The notes under the pieces are model-generated. The model was not told the origin of the DNA. It saw only the letters and a list, made by a program, of their open reading frames with translations, and ran no database searches. A stretch of 64,000 nt of DNA from Candidatus Campbellbacteria bacterium. Lineage in GTDB: Bacteria; Patescibacteriota; Minisyncoccia; Phycocordibacterales; EsbW-18. Below are positions 38,051 through 47,180 of the stretch, piece after piece; the stretch's first letter is position 1, and each line of letters starts with the position of its first letter. The translations under genes were made by a program, and so were the position numbers. The stretch is taken from contig JANLIT010000002.1 of NCBI GenBank assembly GCA_024653945.1, forward strand, positions 80,255-144,254. Reading direction: 5' to 3'.

Positions 38051-40435
38051 ATGAAGCAAATCAAAAAGTGTGTAACTCTAAAAAATATGTTCACGTGGGG
38101 TAAAAAAAATCCAAGTCCAGAACTTTGCCAAGCGACATTATCTCGCGGGGCAAAAAGCGCGCAAAAAAAGTGCTGGATTAAGTTTGTGTTGCCACTTCTG
38201 TTTGTGGTTGCTGTTCTTACCACATTCTCCGTACCAACCCAGGCACACGCATACGAATGTGACCCGCCACGAGAAGGTTACGTGGACATGCACATGGGTT
38301 CTGGGTGTGTACTTCTTCCAGACAATCCTAACCTTGAGGGGACGGGCGCAGAGGACAAAGAAAGTGGTGGCTTTTGGGATATCATAACAAAGCCAAGAAT
38401 CCTTGTTGCGTGGATACTTTATATTGTTCTTGAAATACTTGGAATACTTCTTGCGGTAAGTGGTGCTCTTTTAGATTTCAGTATTCAGTTCTCCATAGTA
38501 AACATGAGTCAGTTTATTTCCGGAACAAACGGAATAAATGAGGGTTGGACAATTATCCGAGACCTCATGAATATTGTCTTTGTGTTTGCACTTCTCTTTG
38601 TGGGAATTAATACCATACTTGGTTCATGGTCTAGTTCATCTTTCAACACAAAACTCATTCCCAAAATTCTCTTGGCCGCCCTGTTTATCAACTTCAGCAT
38701 GATGATTACCAAGGTTGTTATAGACACATCAAACATTCTCACTCTTGAACTTTATGTTGCTACGAAAAAAATCTCTGAACCCGTAGCAGGTGTTACACCT
38801 CCTGAGGGTATTAACATGAATACTACGGGACTTGCGGGGGGGATAATGAACAGCCTGCACATGACCTCTTTTCTAAATGGAAAACTCACAAAAGAGGGGA
38901 GGGCTGTCGCAATACCCGACTCGGCAGATAGAAGTTTGTTGACCAATGTGACCATGGGAATCATTGTTGTGCTCGTTGCCATGTTTATTTTTCTCATCAT
39001 GGCATTTATGTTCTTGGCGCGAATGGTTATTTTTATTATTTTGATAGTTACCTCACCAATAGCATTTATGGGGGGGCTTATTCCTCAGCTCAAATCTCAA
39101 GCGGATAAGTGGTGGGAAGCGTTGTGGGGTCAAGCATTTTTTGCTCCAATCTTTTTTGCAATGCTCTTAGTGGTATTCAAAATACTTAATGACCCCCATT
39201 TTCAAGATTTTGCAGCCCGTCCCCTTGATCCTAATGGTACTGGTATTGAGGGTCTTGATTTATCAAACTTTGTTGCTGGCAGCGCTGAAGTTATTGTTAA
39301 ATATATCATCGTCATCTACCTCCTTGTTACTGCACTCATTGTTGCTAAAAAAGTTTCAAGTGATGCAGGAAAGGGTGCTGCTGGTTTGGGTTCAAAACTG
39401 GCGGGTGGCGCAATATTTGGAGGCGGAGCACTTCTCGCCCGACAAACACTTGGACGCGCCGGAGAAGGGTTGGCAAAATCTGGGAGGGTTGGAAGGTTGG
39501 CAGAGTCAACAAACCCATTCATAAAACGTGTTGGCCAATCACTCTCTGCGGCAGGAAACTGGACACAAAAGGCAAGTTTTGATACACGGGGTCTCAAAGC
39601 TGCCGCTAGCCTTGATGCTGGAAAAGCTGCTGGTGAAGGTGGTCTGATTGGTAGACGCGAAGCACGAAGTAAGGGGAAGGAGGAGCGTCTTACTATGTAC
39701 GCAAAGAACAGAGCAATAGCAGGACAAGAGGTGGCAGTACGAGAAGCCGAGGCAGATGTTTCGAAGAAAACGAAAGAGGGCGCAAGTGACGATGACATAA
39801 AGAAGGCAAATGACAATCTTGCTATACAGAAAAGCGCGCTTGTTGAAATGAGGGGTGGCCCATCAAAAGAGCGCAGAGAACTTGCTGAAGCAAGTGCAAA
39901 GCTTACTCTTGCAGAAGAAACAGAGCTTAACACTACAATGAAAATAATTGCACTGCGAAAAGAATATATTGAAGACCTTGAAAACCGAAGAGACATTGCA
40001 AAAGAGGGTTCAGATGAGAAGAGGAAGCTTGAAGAGGAAGTAACAGACGCCAAGAAAAACCTTGAGGAATACAAGAACGGTATAAAAGGTGCGGATGGCA
40101 CGGTGACTGGGGCTAAATCAAAAAACATATTGGATGTGATTGGACTAATGGAGACACGGGGCAAAATTGAAAAAGCCCAAAAAACCACCACCGCAACGGC
40201 CCTACGAAAATTGGGTGAGGAGTATGCTACTTCAGTAGTTGTAGCAACACATGATGCGGGAGTAAGAGTAATACGAAAAGGACTAGAGGACTCAGAAAAA
40301 GGTAGTCTCGCCAAAGAAATCGCAAAGTTGAAGGCGGAAAAAAAGGACGCGAAAGAACCTGAAGTGAAGACACCGGCACCGGCGGCGCCGGGGGGACCAG
40401 TGCCACAGCTAGGAAACCCACACAGCCCAGAATAG
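38051..40435 (+). CDS. VirB6/TrbL-like polytopic membrane protein
   Basis: GWTIIRDLMN, LFINFS, SPIAF...WW; many TMs; coiled-coil tail; upstream of PrgI/VirB4. Confidence 0.7.
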   Translation: MKQIKKCVTLKNMFTWGKKNPSPELCQATLSRGAKSAQKKCWIKFVLPLLFVVAVLTTFSVPTQAHAYECDPPREGYVDMHMGSGCVLLPDNPNLEGTGAEDKESGGFWDIITKPRILVAWILYIVLEILGILLAVSGALLDFSIQFSIVNMSQFISGTNGINEGWTIIRDLMNIVFVFALLFVGINTILGSWSSSSFNTKLIPKILLAALFINFSMMITKVVIDTSNILTLELYVATKKISEPVAGVTPPEGINMNTTGLAGGIMNSLHMTSFLNGKLTKEGRAVAIPDSADRSLLTNVTMGIIVVLVAMFIFLIMAFMFLARMVIFIILIVTSPIAFMGGLIPQLKSQADKWWEALWGQAFFAPIFFAMLLVVFKILNDPHFQDFAARPLDPNGTGIEGLDLSNFVAGSAEVIVKYIIVIYLLVTALIVAKKVSSDAGKGAAGLGSKLAGGAIFGGGALLARQTLGRAGEGLAKSGRVGRLAESTNPFIKRVGQSLSAAGNWTQKASFDTRGLKAAASLDAGKAAGEGGLIGRREARSKGKEERLTMYAKNRAIAGQEVAVREAEADVSKKTKEGASDDDIKKANDNLAIQKSALVEMRGGPSKERRELAEASAKLTLAEETELNTTMKIIALRKEYIEDLENRRDIAKEGSDEKRKLEEEVTDAKKNLEEYKNGIKGADGTVTGAKSKNILDVIGLMETRGKIEKAQKTTTATALRKLGEEYATSVVVATHDAGVRVIRKGLEDSEKGSLAKEIAKLKAEKKDAKEPEVKTPAPAAPGGPVPQLGNPHSPE

Positions 40436-40469
40436 AGGGAGATCTGTGGTGGTTAATATAGTACATTGT

Positions 40470-41108
40470 ATGAACGAAGAATCTCAAAAAATCATCAAAG
40501 AAAAATTTGCCCAGCTTCCTCCTGCTTTACAAAAAGCATTTACGGAGATTGATCTTTTGGGTCGTGTGCGAAATATCATAACCAAAAATAATCTGCGAGT
40601 GGACGACGGGGGGTTGTTTGAGGATGAGGTTATGTTTATATTACTTGGTTTAGAGCATCCAAATAACTTTATTGCGAACCTTACCACCCGACTGCATGTT
40701 CCCCTTATCACTATTGAAAAACTTGTTATTGATGTAGAGAAGGAAGTTTTTCTTCCTGTGAGAGAGTCCTTGATGAAGATGTTTCCAACTGGGGAACACG
40801 GAGCAACCCCCGAAAAACTACCTGTCGCACCAGCAACGTCTCAACAACACTCCCCAACCGTTATCTACCCGCAAAAACCCGCCGTACAAGCACCAGTATC
40901 ACAAGCGGTACCTCCTGCAAATCTTCCAATCACACCACAACCACAGACAGCCCCTGGACTAACCCGCACACTTCCAAAAGATATTGTACAAACAAAACTT
41001 GAACAAAGTTTCCGCATGCCTCCAACAACGACAACCATTAAAGAAAGTACGCCACCAACACCTGTGACACAAAAGGTGGTAGATCCGTACCGCGAACCAA
41101 CTGAGTGA
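40470..41108 (+). CDS. Conserved hypothetical protein with C-terminal DPYREP motif
   Basis: FAQLPPALQKA N-terminus, Pro-rich linker, DPYREP end. Confidence 0.8.
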   Translation: MNEESQKIIKEKFAQLPPALQKAFTEIDLLGRVRNIITKNNLRVDDGGLFEDEVMFILLGLEHPNNFIANLTTRLHVPLITIEKLVIDVEKEVFLPVRESLMKMFPTGEHGATPEKLPVAPATSQQHSPTVIYPQKPAVQAPVSQAVPPANLPITPQPQTAPGLTRTLPKDIVQTKLEQSFRMPPTTTTIKESTPPTPVTQKVVDPYREPTE

Positions 41109-41157
41109 CATGTAGCATGTAGCACGAAGCATGTAACATGTAGCTTGAAACAAGAAG
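41109..41157 (+). repeat. 7-mer array (CATGTAG family) upstream of the four-helix-bundle gene
   Basis: catgtag catgtag cacgaag catgtaa catgtag cttgaaa caagaag. Confidence 0.9.
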
Positions 41158-41196
41158 TTTTAGAAAAAATTTAGGACAGGGAGTTATTGTATACTG

Positions 41197-41559
41197 GTGA
41201 ACAAAAACTCACCGGAAACATTTCATCAAAAACTTCAAACATTGATGTACTCTTTTGTGCACAGTGTCTATGATGCAACTAAAACATTCCCCGGAGACGA
41301 GATTTTTGGTGTAACAAGTCAACTGCGTCGAGCAACACTATCTGTTGCCCTAAATTATACAGAGGGATACGCTCGTCATGGTAAAAGGGAGCTTGCTCAT
41401 TTTCTTAAGATTTCTTATGGCTCACTCAAAGAATCCATGTATCTTGTGCAGTTTGCTAAAGACAGAGAGTGGATATCTCTAGAAACACATCAAAAACTGT
41501 ACCAAATGGGGGATGAGATTGGTAAAATGTTGTGGTCAAGTTTTTCACATATGACATAA
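41197..41559 (+). CDS. Four helix bundle protein (23S rRNA IVS protein / Avd-like family)
   Basis: TKTFPGDEIFGVTSQLRRATLSVALNYTEG...FLKISYGSLKE. Confidence 0.9.
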   Translation: MNKNSPETFHQKLQTLMYSFVHSVYDATKTFPGDEIFGVTSQLRRATLSVALNYTEGYARHGKRELAHFLKISYGSLKESMYLVQFAKDREWISLETHQKLYQMGDEIGKMLWSSFSHMT

Positions 41560-41639
41560 GATATATAACGTGTATCATGTAGCATATAATGCACAACAAA
41601 AATATGTTACATGTTTCGTGTTACATGTTTCGTGTCCTA
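41548..41639. repeat. Direct then inverted 7-mer arrays downstream of the four-helix-bundle gene
   Basis: catatga cataaga tatataa cgtgtat catgtag catataa ... tgttaca tgtttcg tgttaca tgtttcg. Confidence 0.85.
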
Positions 41640-41641
41640 CC

Positions 41642-42064
41642 ATGAAATTTGAAGTCCCTCAATTCATTGACATAGAAGACAAGGTGTTCGGACCACTCAC
41701 CTTTAAACAGTTCATCTATCTTGCGGGTAGTGCTGGTCTTTCGGTGGTTATTTGGGTTTTTCTACCACTTCTTCTTGCCATTCCACTTATTGGTGTTGTT
41801 GTCGGACTTGGTGTTGCGCTTGCATTCTATAAAGTGAACAACGAACCATTTATTGCTCTCATTGAGTCAGCGCTTCGATACTCTCTCGGGCATAAACTGT
41901 ATATTTGGAAAAAAATGCCGAAAAAAGTTACCAAAGAAAAAGAAGATGGCACACAGGAGTCCGGTATGCTTGTTCCCCGCATCGCAGATAGTAAGTTGCG
42001 CGACCTTGCGTGGAGTTTGGATGTACACGATTCACTCAATGGGGGCGGGGAATCACCACTGTAA
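41642..42064 (+). CDS. PrgI family protein (VirB3-like)
   Basis: MKFEVPQFIDIEDKVFGPLTFKQF plus two TMs. Confidence 0.88.
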   Translation: MKFEVPQFIDIEDKVFGPLTFKQFIYLAGSAGLSVVIWVFLPLLLAIPLIGVVVGLGVALAFYKVNNEPFIALIESALRYSLGHKLYIWKKMPKKVTKEKEDGTQESGMLVPRIADSKLRDLAWSLDVHDSLNGGGESPL

Positions 42065-42105
42065 GTGTTGGTGAGACGCACTTTCTCGGCTACAATATAT
42101 ACATT

Positions 42106-42777
42106 ATGGCCCAACCAAAAGCCGAATCGACACAGGCATTCGTGCCCATCAAAGAAATTCGTAGTGGTGTTGTTGTACTCAAAGATGGGTCTCTTCGTGC
42201 TGTCCTTCTTGCATCATCTCTCAACTTTGCTCTCAAATCTGAAGATGAGCAATCTGCCATCATCATGCAATTTCAAAACATGTTGAACTCTATTGAGTTT
42301 CCCATTCAGATACTCGTGCAATCCCGCAGACTTGATATTCGCCCATACATTGCCTTGCTAGAAAACCAACTAAAGGAACAAACAATTGACCTCATTAAGG
42401 TGCAAACACGTGAGTACATTGAATTTGTGAAAGGATTCACCGAGAATGTGAGCATCATGACAAAATATTTTTATATTGTGGTGCCCTACACTGGCGCAAT
42501 TGTGAGTGCCTCAAAGGGCGGTGTTCTCGGTGGACTCAAGGGGCTCTTTGGAAAAAAGAATCGTACCAATTCCGAACAAAAACTTACCGCTTTTGAAGAG
42601 AGTCGCAGTCAGCTCGAACAACGCGTTACCGCTGTAACACAAAACCTTGCGCGTACGGGCATTCGCTCAACACAACTAAGAACTGAAGAGCTTGTTGAGT
42701 TGTACTACAAAATGTTTAATCCTGGCGACTCAGAAAAACCTATTGTTCTGCAAGGACTTCAGGGGGTTCAAAAATAA
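42106..42777 (+). CDS. TraC/VirB4 N-terminal-like protein
   Basis: STQAFVPIKEIR...SLNFALKSEDEQ...ELYYKMFNP; lies between PrgI and VirB4. Confidence 0.75.
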   Translation: MAQPKAESTQAFVPIKEIRSGVVVLKDGSLRAVLLASSLNFALKSEDEQSAIIMQFQNMLNSIEFPIQILVQSRRLDIRPYIALLENQLKEQTIDLIKVQTREYIEFVKGFTENVSIMTKYFYIVVPYTGAIVSASKGGVLGGLKGLFGKKNRTNSEQKLTAFEESRSQLEQRVTAVTQNLARTGIRSTQLRTEELVELYYKMFNPGDSEKPIVLQGLQGVQK

Positions 42778-42780
42778 TAT

Positions 42781-44709
42781 ATGGGAATTCTTGATTTTAT
42801 AAAAGGAAAACCAAAAAAGGCGGCACAAATTACCCCCGTGCTTCCAAAGGATATTTACGAGGCTGGTGTGCTTGAACTCCAAGACGTTATTGCACCATCT
42901 GCTCTCAAAATAACACCCCGCGCACTCAACCTTGGGGACAAGGTGGTGCGAACGTTCTTTGCTATTTCATACCCACGCTTTCTTCCAGACAATTGGCTTT
43001 CACCAGTTATCAACATGGACAAGGTGTTTGATCTCTCTATCTCTATTATTCCTGTTGATACCGCACAAGTGCTCAAAGAATTCAGAAAGCGTGTTGCAGA
43101 AGTACAAAGCCAAATTCACATGCGCGAAGATAAGGGAATGGTGCGTGACCCAATGCTTGATAGTGCCTATGAAAATCTTGAATCACTTCGTGACCAACTA
43201 CAACAAGCAACTGAGAAACTATTTGATGTTGGACTGTATATCTCCATCTATTCAGAAAATGAGAGTGACCTTGATAAAACAGAATCAGAAATTCGCTCAC
43301 TTCTTGAATCACGTCTTATTTATCTCAAACCCGCGCTCTTCCAACAAGAGCAGGGATTCAAGAGCGTGCTTCCTGTGGGAACCGACGAACTTGGTATCCA
43401 CAGCAAACTCAACACAGCACCTCTCTCAAGCTTTTTTCCATTTGTGTCATTTGATCTTTCATCAAATCAGGGAATTCTCTATGGTGTGAACCGCCACAAC
43501 TCTGGACTCATTCTGTTTGACCGATTCTCTATGCCAAACTACAACTCAGTTATGTTTGCAACATCAGGGGCAGGAAAAAGTTACGCAACGAAGTTGGAAA
43601 TTCTTCGTACGCTCATGTTTGACACCGAAGTTATTGTAATTGACCCAGAGCGTGAGTATGAATTTATGGTTGATGCTATGGGTGGACGCTATTTTGATAT
43701 TTCACTTACATCTCAACACCACATCAATCCCTTTGACCTACCTCCAGTGCGCGAAGATGAAACCCCAGCAAACGTATTGCGTTCAAACATTATTACACTT
43801 GTGGGACTCTTCCGTATTATGTTTGGTGGGCTCACGCCAGAAGAGGATGCCATTATTGACCGAGCTATTACTGAAGTGTATGCACTCAAAGATATTACTG
43901 GAGAACACGATTTTGCGGGTGTTGAGCCACCCCTTTTGTCTGATTTTGAACTCGTGCTTGCGGGTATGAACGGTGGAGAATCGCTCGTACAACGACTTTC
44001 AAAGTACACCAAAGGAACGTGGTCTGGCTTCATCAACCAACCAACTAACGTGGATATCAATAAAAAATTTATTGTGTTCTCTGTACGTGACATGGAAGAG
44101 GAGCTCAAGCCGGTTGCTATGTATTTGATTACACACTATATCTGGAGTGCAGTACGCCGTACACTCAAAAAGCGCCTCCTTGTGGTGGACGAGGCATGGC
44201 TCATGATGAAGGATGAAAATACCGCATCGTTGTTGTTTGGGTTGGCAAAACGTGGACGAAAGTACTTCCTCGGCATTGCCACCATCACGCAGGATGTTGG
44301 GGACTTCCTACGTTCCCCATACGGACTTCCAATTATCACCAACTCTTCAATTCAGTTGCTCTTAAAACAGTCTCCGTCGTCTATTGATCTCGTGCAACAA
44401 ACATTTAACCTCACCGACGAGGAAAAGTTCTTGCTTCTTGAATCTGAGCGCGGGGAGGGCATTTTCTTTGCTGGACTCAAGCACGTGGCAATAAAAAGTA
44501 TTGCATCGTATACCGAAGACCAAATTATTACCTCGGACCCGTCACAACTTCTTGCACTCAAAAAATCACGAGAAGAATTACAGGCAACAAAAGAGAGTGA
44601 CGTGGTAAAAACAAGTGATGTTGAACCTCTTGCAGAAAAAGTATCACAATCTGAACAACACAAAAACGAGCTTCTCACCCAGGCTGTGGATATGAAAAAC
44701 GTAGAATAA
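42781..44709 (+). CDS. virB4: VirB4-like type IV secretion ATPase
   Basis: ATSGAGKS Walker A, VIDPEREY, INPFD, VVDEAW, ITQD. Confidence 0.9.
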   Translation: MGILDFIKGKPKKAAQITPVLPKDIYEAGVLELQDVIAPSALKITPRALNLGDKVVRTFFAISYPRFLPDNWLSPVINMDKVFDLSISIIPVDTAQVLKEFRKRVAEVQSQIHMREDKGMVRDPMLDSAYENLESLRDQLQQATEKLFDVGLYISIYSENESDLDKTESEIRSLLESRLIYLKPALFQQEQGFKSVLPVGTDELGIHSKLNTAPLSSFFPFVSFDLSSNQGILYGVNRHNSGLILFDRFSMPNYNSVMFATSGAGKSYATKLEILRTLMFDTEVIVIDPEREYEFMVDAMGGRYFDISLTSQHHINPFDLPPVREDETPANVLRSNIITLVGLFRIMFGGLTPEEDAIIDRAITEVYALKDITGEHDFAGVEPPLLSDFELVLAGMNGGESLVQRLSKYTKGTWSGFINQPTNVDINKKFIVFSVRDMEEELKPVAMYLITHYIWSAVRRTLKKRLLVVDEAWLMMKDENTASLLFGLAKRGRKYFLGIATITQDVGDFLRSPYGLPIITNSSIQLLLKQSPSSIDLVQQTFNLTDEEKFLLLESERGEGIFFAGLKHVAIKSIASYTEDQIITSDPSQLLALKKSREELQATKESDVVKTSDVEPLAEKVSQSEQHKNELLTQAVDMKNVE

Positions 44710-44716
44710 CCCGGCT

Positions 44717-45520
44717 ATGTCAGAAAATGATTCTCAAGAAAATAAAAAACCGAAACGAATTGATTCTACAACACGCTACTTGTTGATTGGAACCGCAATT
44801 ATTTTTGATCTTATCAGCATTATCCCTGTTGTTGGACAGTTCTTGGCCATTGGAGGGGCGGGTATCACTTTTTATATTTGGTTCAAGACACTCGGCGTAT
44901 CATTCATAAGCCCAAAACGAATTGTAACCACCGCCGTTGAGTATATTGGCGAAGCAATTCCTGTTGTAAGTGCTCTTCCCCTTATAACAACTGGAACAAT
45001 TATTATGATTGTGTTAACTGACATTGAGGACAAAACGGGAATCGGTTTGGCAAGTTTGGCAGCTGGAAAAATGTCAAAAGGGAAAGTGTCCACAACAGCA
45101 CAACGAACAGAAAGAAAGGCTGCACGTAGAGCGGCCGATCCCGAACGAGCAACTCGGGCACGAGAACGCCTAGCCAAAATGAAAGAAAAAAAGGTTGGTA
45201 TAGCGACAAAAACGAATCCTCAGGGAATGATGAGGGATTTAAAGCCAACCGAAAAGTACAATTATGGAGATGGTGGGGCAAAGGTGACATTTAAAAACCC
45301 TTGGCAGAAATTAAAGTTTAGAGTAGGAAAACCACAAATAAAGGCGACTGGTGGAGAGGAGTGGGAGCAAAACCCTGCAAGTGAACGCCTACGACTCATT
45401 CGAGGTGGTGGCCAGGGAATAAGTGCACCTAGTCAGCCACTATCAAAGTACAACGAGCCTCTCACCGACCATTCTCCTCCAACTGGTCCTGTGGAAAACA
45501 AAGAAAAAGGAACCGCTTAA
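44717..45520 (+). CDS. Hypothetical membrane protein
   Basis: N-terminal TMs (IIPVVG...EAIPVVSALP), basic tail. Confidence 0.75.
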   Translation: MSENDSQENKKPKRIDSTTRYLLIGTAIIFDLISIIPVVGQFLAIGGAGITFYIWFKTLGVSFISPKRIVTTAVEYIGEAIPVVSALPLITTGTIIMIVLTDIEDKTGIGLASLAAGKMSKGKVSTTAQRTERKAARRAADPERATRARERLAKMKEKKVGIATKTNPQGMMRDLKPTEKYNYGDGGAKVTFKNPWQKLKFRVGKPQIKATGGEEWEQNPASERLRLIRGGGQGISAPSQPLSKYNEPLTDHSPPTGPVENKEKGTA

Positions 45521-45547
45521 AATATAAAAGAGTGCTAGTATAAAGGT

Positions 45548-46261
45548 ATGACAACGCTTCAAAAAACAGCCATCCTTGTCTTTCTTTTTCTTTTTGGTGC
45601 TGTTGCCAACGCCCAAATAAACGTTACTACAGAAATTATCCGACCAACAGTTGAAATGATATGGGAAGCGCATTCTTATATTCCACCTTTTTATAAAGGA
45701 AAAGCACTCTATCCGATTGGTGGGGAAGTAACCGTCTTAGCGCTTCCTCCTGCTTCGTTGGGAAATCCAAACGCTCTCACCTACACATGGAAACGAGATG
45801 GGCAAGTGCAGGGGTCTCTTTCTGGTGTTGGAAAAAGTTCTTTTAGTTTCTCTGGTTCACAATTTGGAGACATACCACTCGTTGTTGTTGAGGTTTCTAG
45901 CGGAAACGCGAGAGCTGTTGGGGCGCTTCAAATTCAACAAATAAATCCAGTCATTAGGTTCTATGAAAATAAACCACTGGAAGGTGTTGCTCTTGAACAC
46001 GCACTTCCTCAAACTCTCACAACGACAAAAAAGGACATAGCACTTGAGGTATACCCGTATTTTTTCTCAGCAAATACTAACAACGACAGCTCGCTTGCAT
46101 ACTCGTGGTCAGCAAATGGAAAAAAAATTCTTGATGCAAAAGGTCCAAGTATTGTTGTACAAAGTGATGAACCTCGTTCCATCATCATGTTACTTTCCAT
46201 GAATCATGTTGCTCAAATTCTTCAACGAGCAAGTACTAGTATTCTCGTTACCTTTGAATAG
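45548..46261 (+). CDS. Exported Ig-like hypothetical protein
   Basis: Signal peptide; WEAHSYIPPFYKGKAL; YTW/YSW. Confidence 0.8.
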   Translation: MTTLQKTAILVFLFLFGAVANAQINVTTEIIRPTVEMIWEAHSYIPPFYKGKALYPIGGEVTVLALPPASLGNPNALTYTWKRDGQVQGSLSGVGKSSFSFSGSQFGDIPLVVVEVSSGNARAVGALQIQQINPVIRFYENKPLEGVALEHALPQTLTTTKKDIALEVYPYFFSANTNNDSSLAYSWSANGKKILDAKGPSIVVQSDEPRSIIMLLSMNHVAQILQRASTSILVTFE

Positions 46262-46262
46262 T

Positions 46263-47168
46263 ATGCGTATACTCACTAGAAAAAATGTTGTCTTTGTTTT
46301 AACTCTTGTCGTTTTCCTTGTACCCATCTTTTTTATTCATGCCGCAACAGAACCATACACACTTCTTGTCAATGATATTCCGGGTCTTGGAGAGACGGTA
46401 ACACCTGGTGCGGGAGGTGGGGTGGGTGCATATCTCAATACCATTTTTAGAATAGGTCTGGGTATTGCCGTAACACTTGCCATTCTTATGTTTGTCTACA
46501 ACGGAGTCATCTACATGACATCCGACATTGTTGGAAACAAAGAGGGTGCAAAAAAAGCATTCTTGAGTATTTTAGGAGGGCTCGTGCTTGTATTTAGCTC
46601 TGTGCTTATTCTTGAGGTCATCAATCCCCAACTTGTTAACTTTGGAATCTTTGAAACACTAGGAGCAATTGAACCCGCACCAGGTGGCGGGGGTGGGGGC
46701 GGAACGCCTCCTCCCCCTGGAGGGGATGGAACAACCGACCCCGCCATGGAAACCAGTGCTCGTGCATATTTAGATGCTAACCATATCACCGTAAATCAAG
46801 CCGCCTGTACTCCTGGACAAGGGGCTCCAAGTTGTATAAACGTTGGTGACATGTCGACACCTGTTGCACATCAACTTGTCGCTTTGGCTGAAGCCTGTGG
46901 ATGCAACATAAACATCACAGGTGGAACAGAGCGGGGTCACACAACACACGGACCAGACAAACCTATGTATGATTTTAGTAAAAAAATAATAAACGGCCAG
47001 ACACCGCCTATTACCACCTACCTTGAGGGCCTGCAAAAAGTGAAGGTGGTCGGTGGCGGACAAGTATATACTGATGGAACGAGTGAGTTCTGGGATGAGC
47101 CCGCAAATCCGGGTAGCAATTGGGGTTCACACTGGCATGCGTGTATTGGAACAACGTGTCGTTTTTAA
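46263..47168 (+). CDS. Pilin-like (VirB2/TrbC-type) membrane domain fused to a putative M15-like Zn peptidase domain
   Basis: GVIYMTS...AKKAF...ILEVINPQL, then ITGGTERGH..H...D...HWH. Confidence 0.65.
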   Translation: MRILTRKNVVFVLTLVVFLVPIFFIHAATEPYTLLVNDIPGLGETVTPGAGGGVGAYLNTIFRIGLGIAVTLAILMFVYNGVIYMTSDIVGNKEGAKKAFLSILGGLVLVFSSVLILEVINPQLVNFGIFETLGAIEPAPGGGGGGGTPPPPGGDGTTDPAMETSARAYLDANHITVNQAACTPGQGAPSCINVGDMSTPVAHQLVALAEACGCNINITGGTERGHTTHGPDKPMYDFSKKIINGQTPPITTYLEGLQKVKVVGGGQVYTDGTSEFWDEPANPGSNWGSHWHACIGTTCRF

Positions 47169-47180
47169 TAAATATAGTGT

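Noticed and set aside
39316-40314. Long antisense ORFs (332 aa here; also 19268-19927, 36787-37452, 5560-6180, 62909-63520)
   Set aside because: They are shadows on the opposite strand of well-supported genes, with Ser/Phe-rich non-protein-like composition.
41197-41559. Diversity-generating retroelement (Avd-like gene)
   Set aside because: No reverse transcriptase or TR/VR pair differing at adenines was seen in the window.
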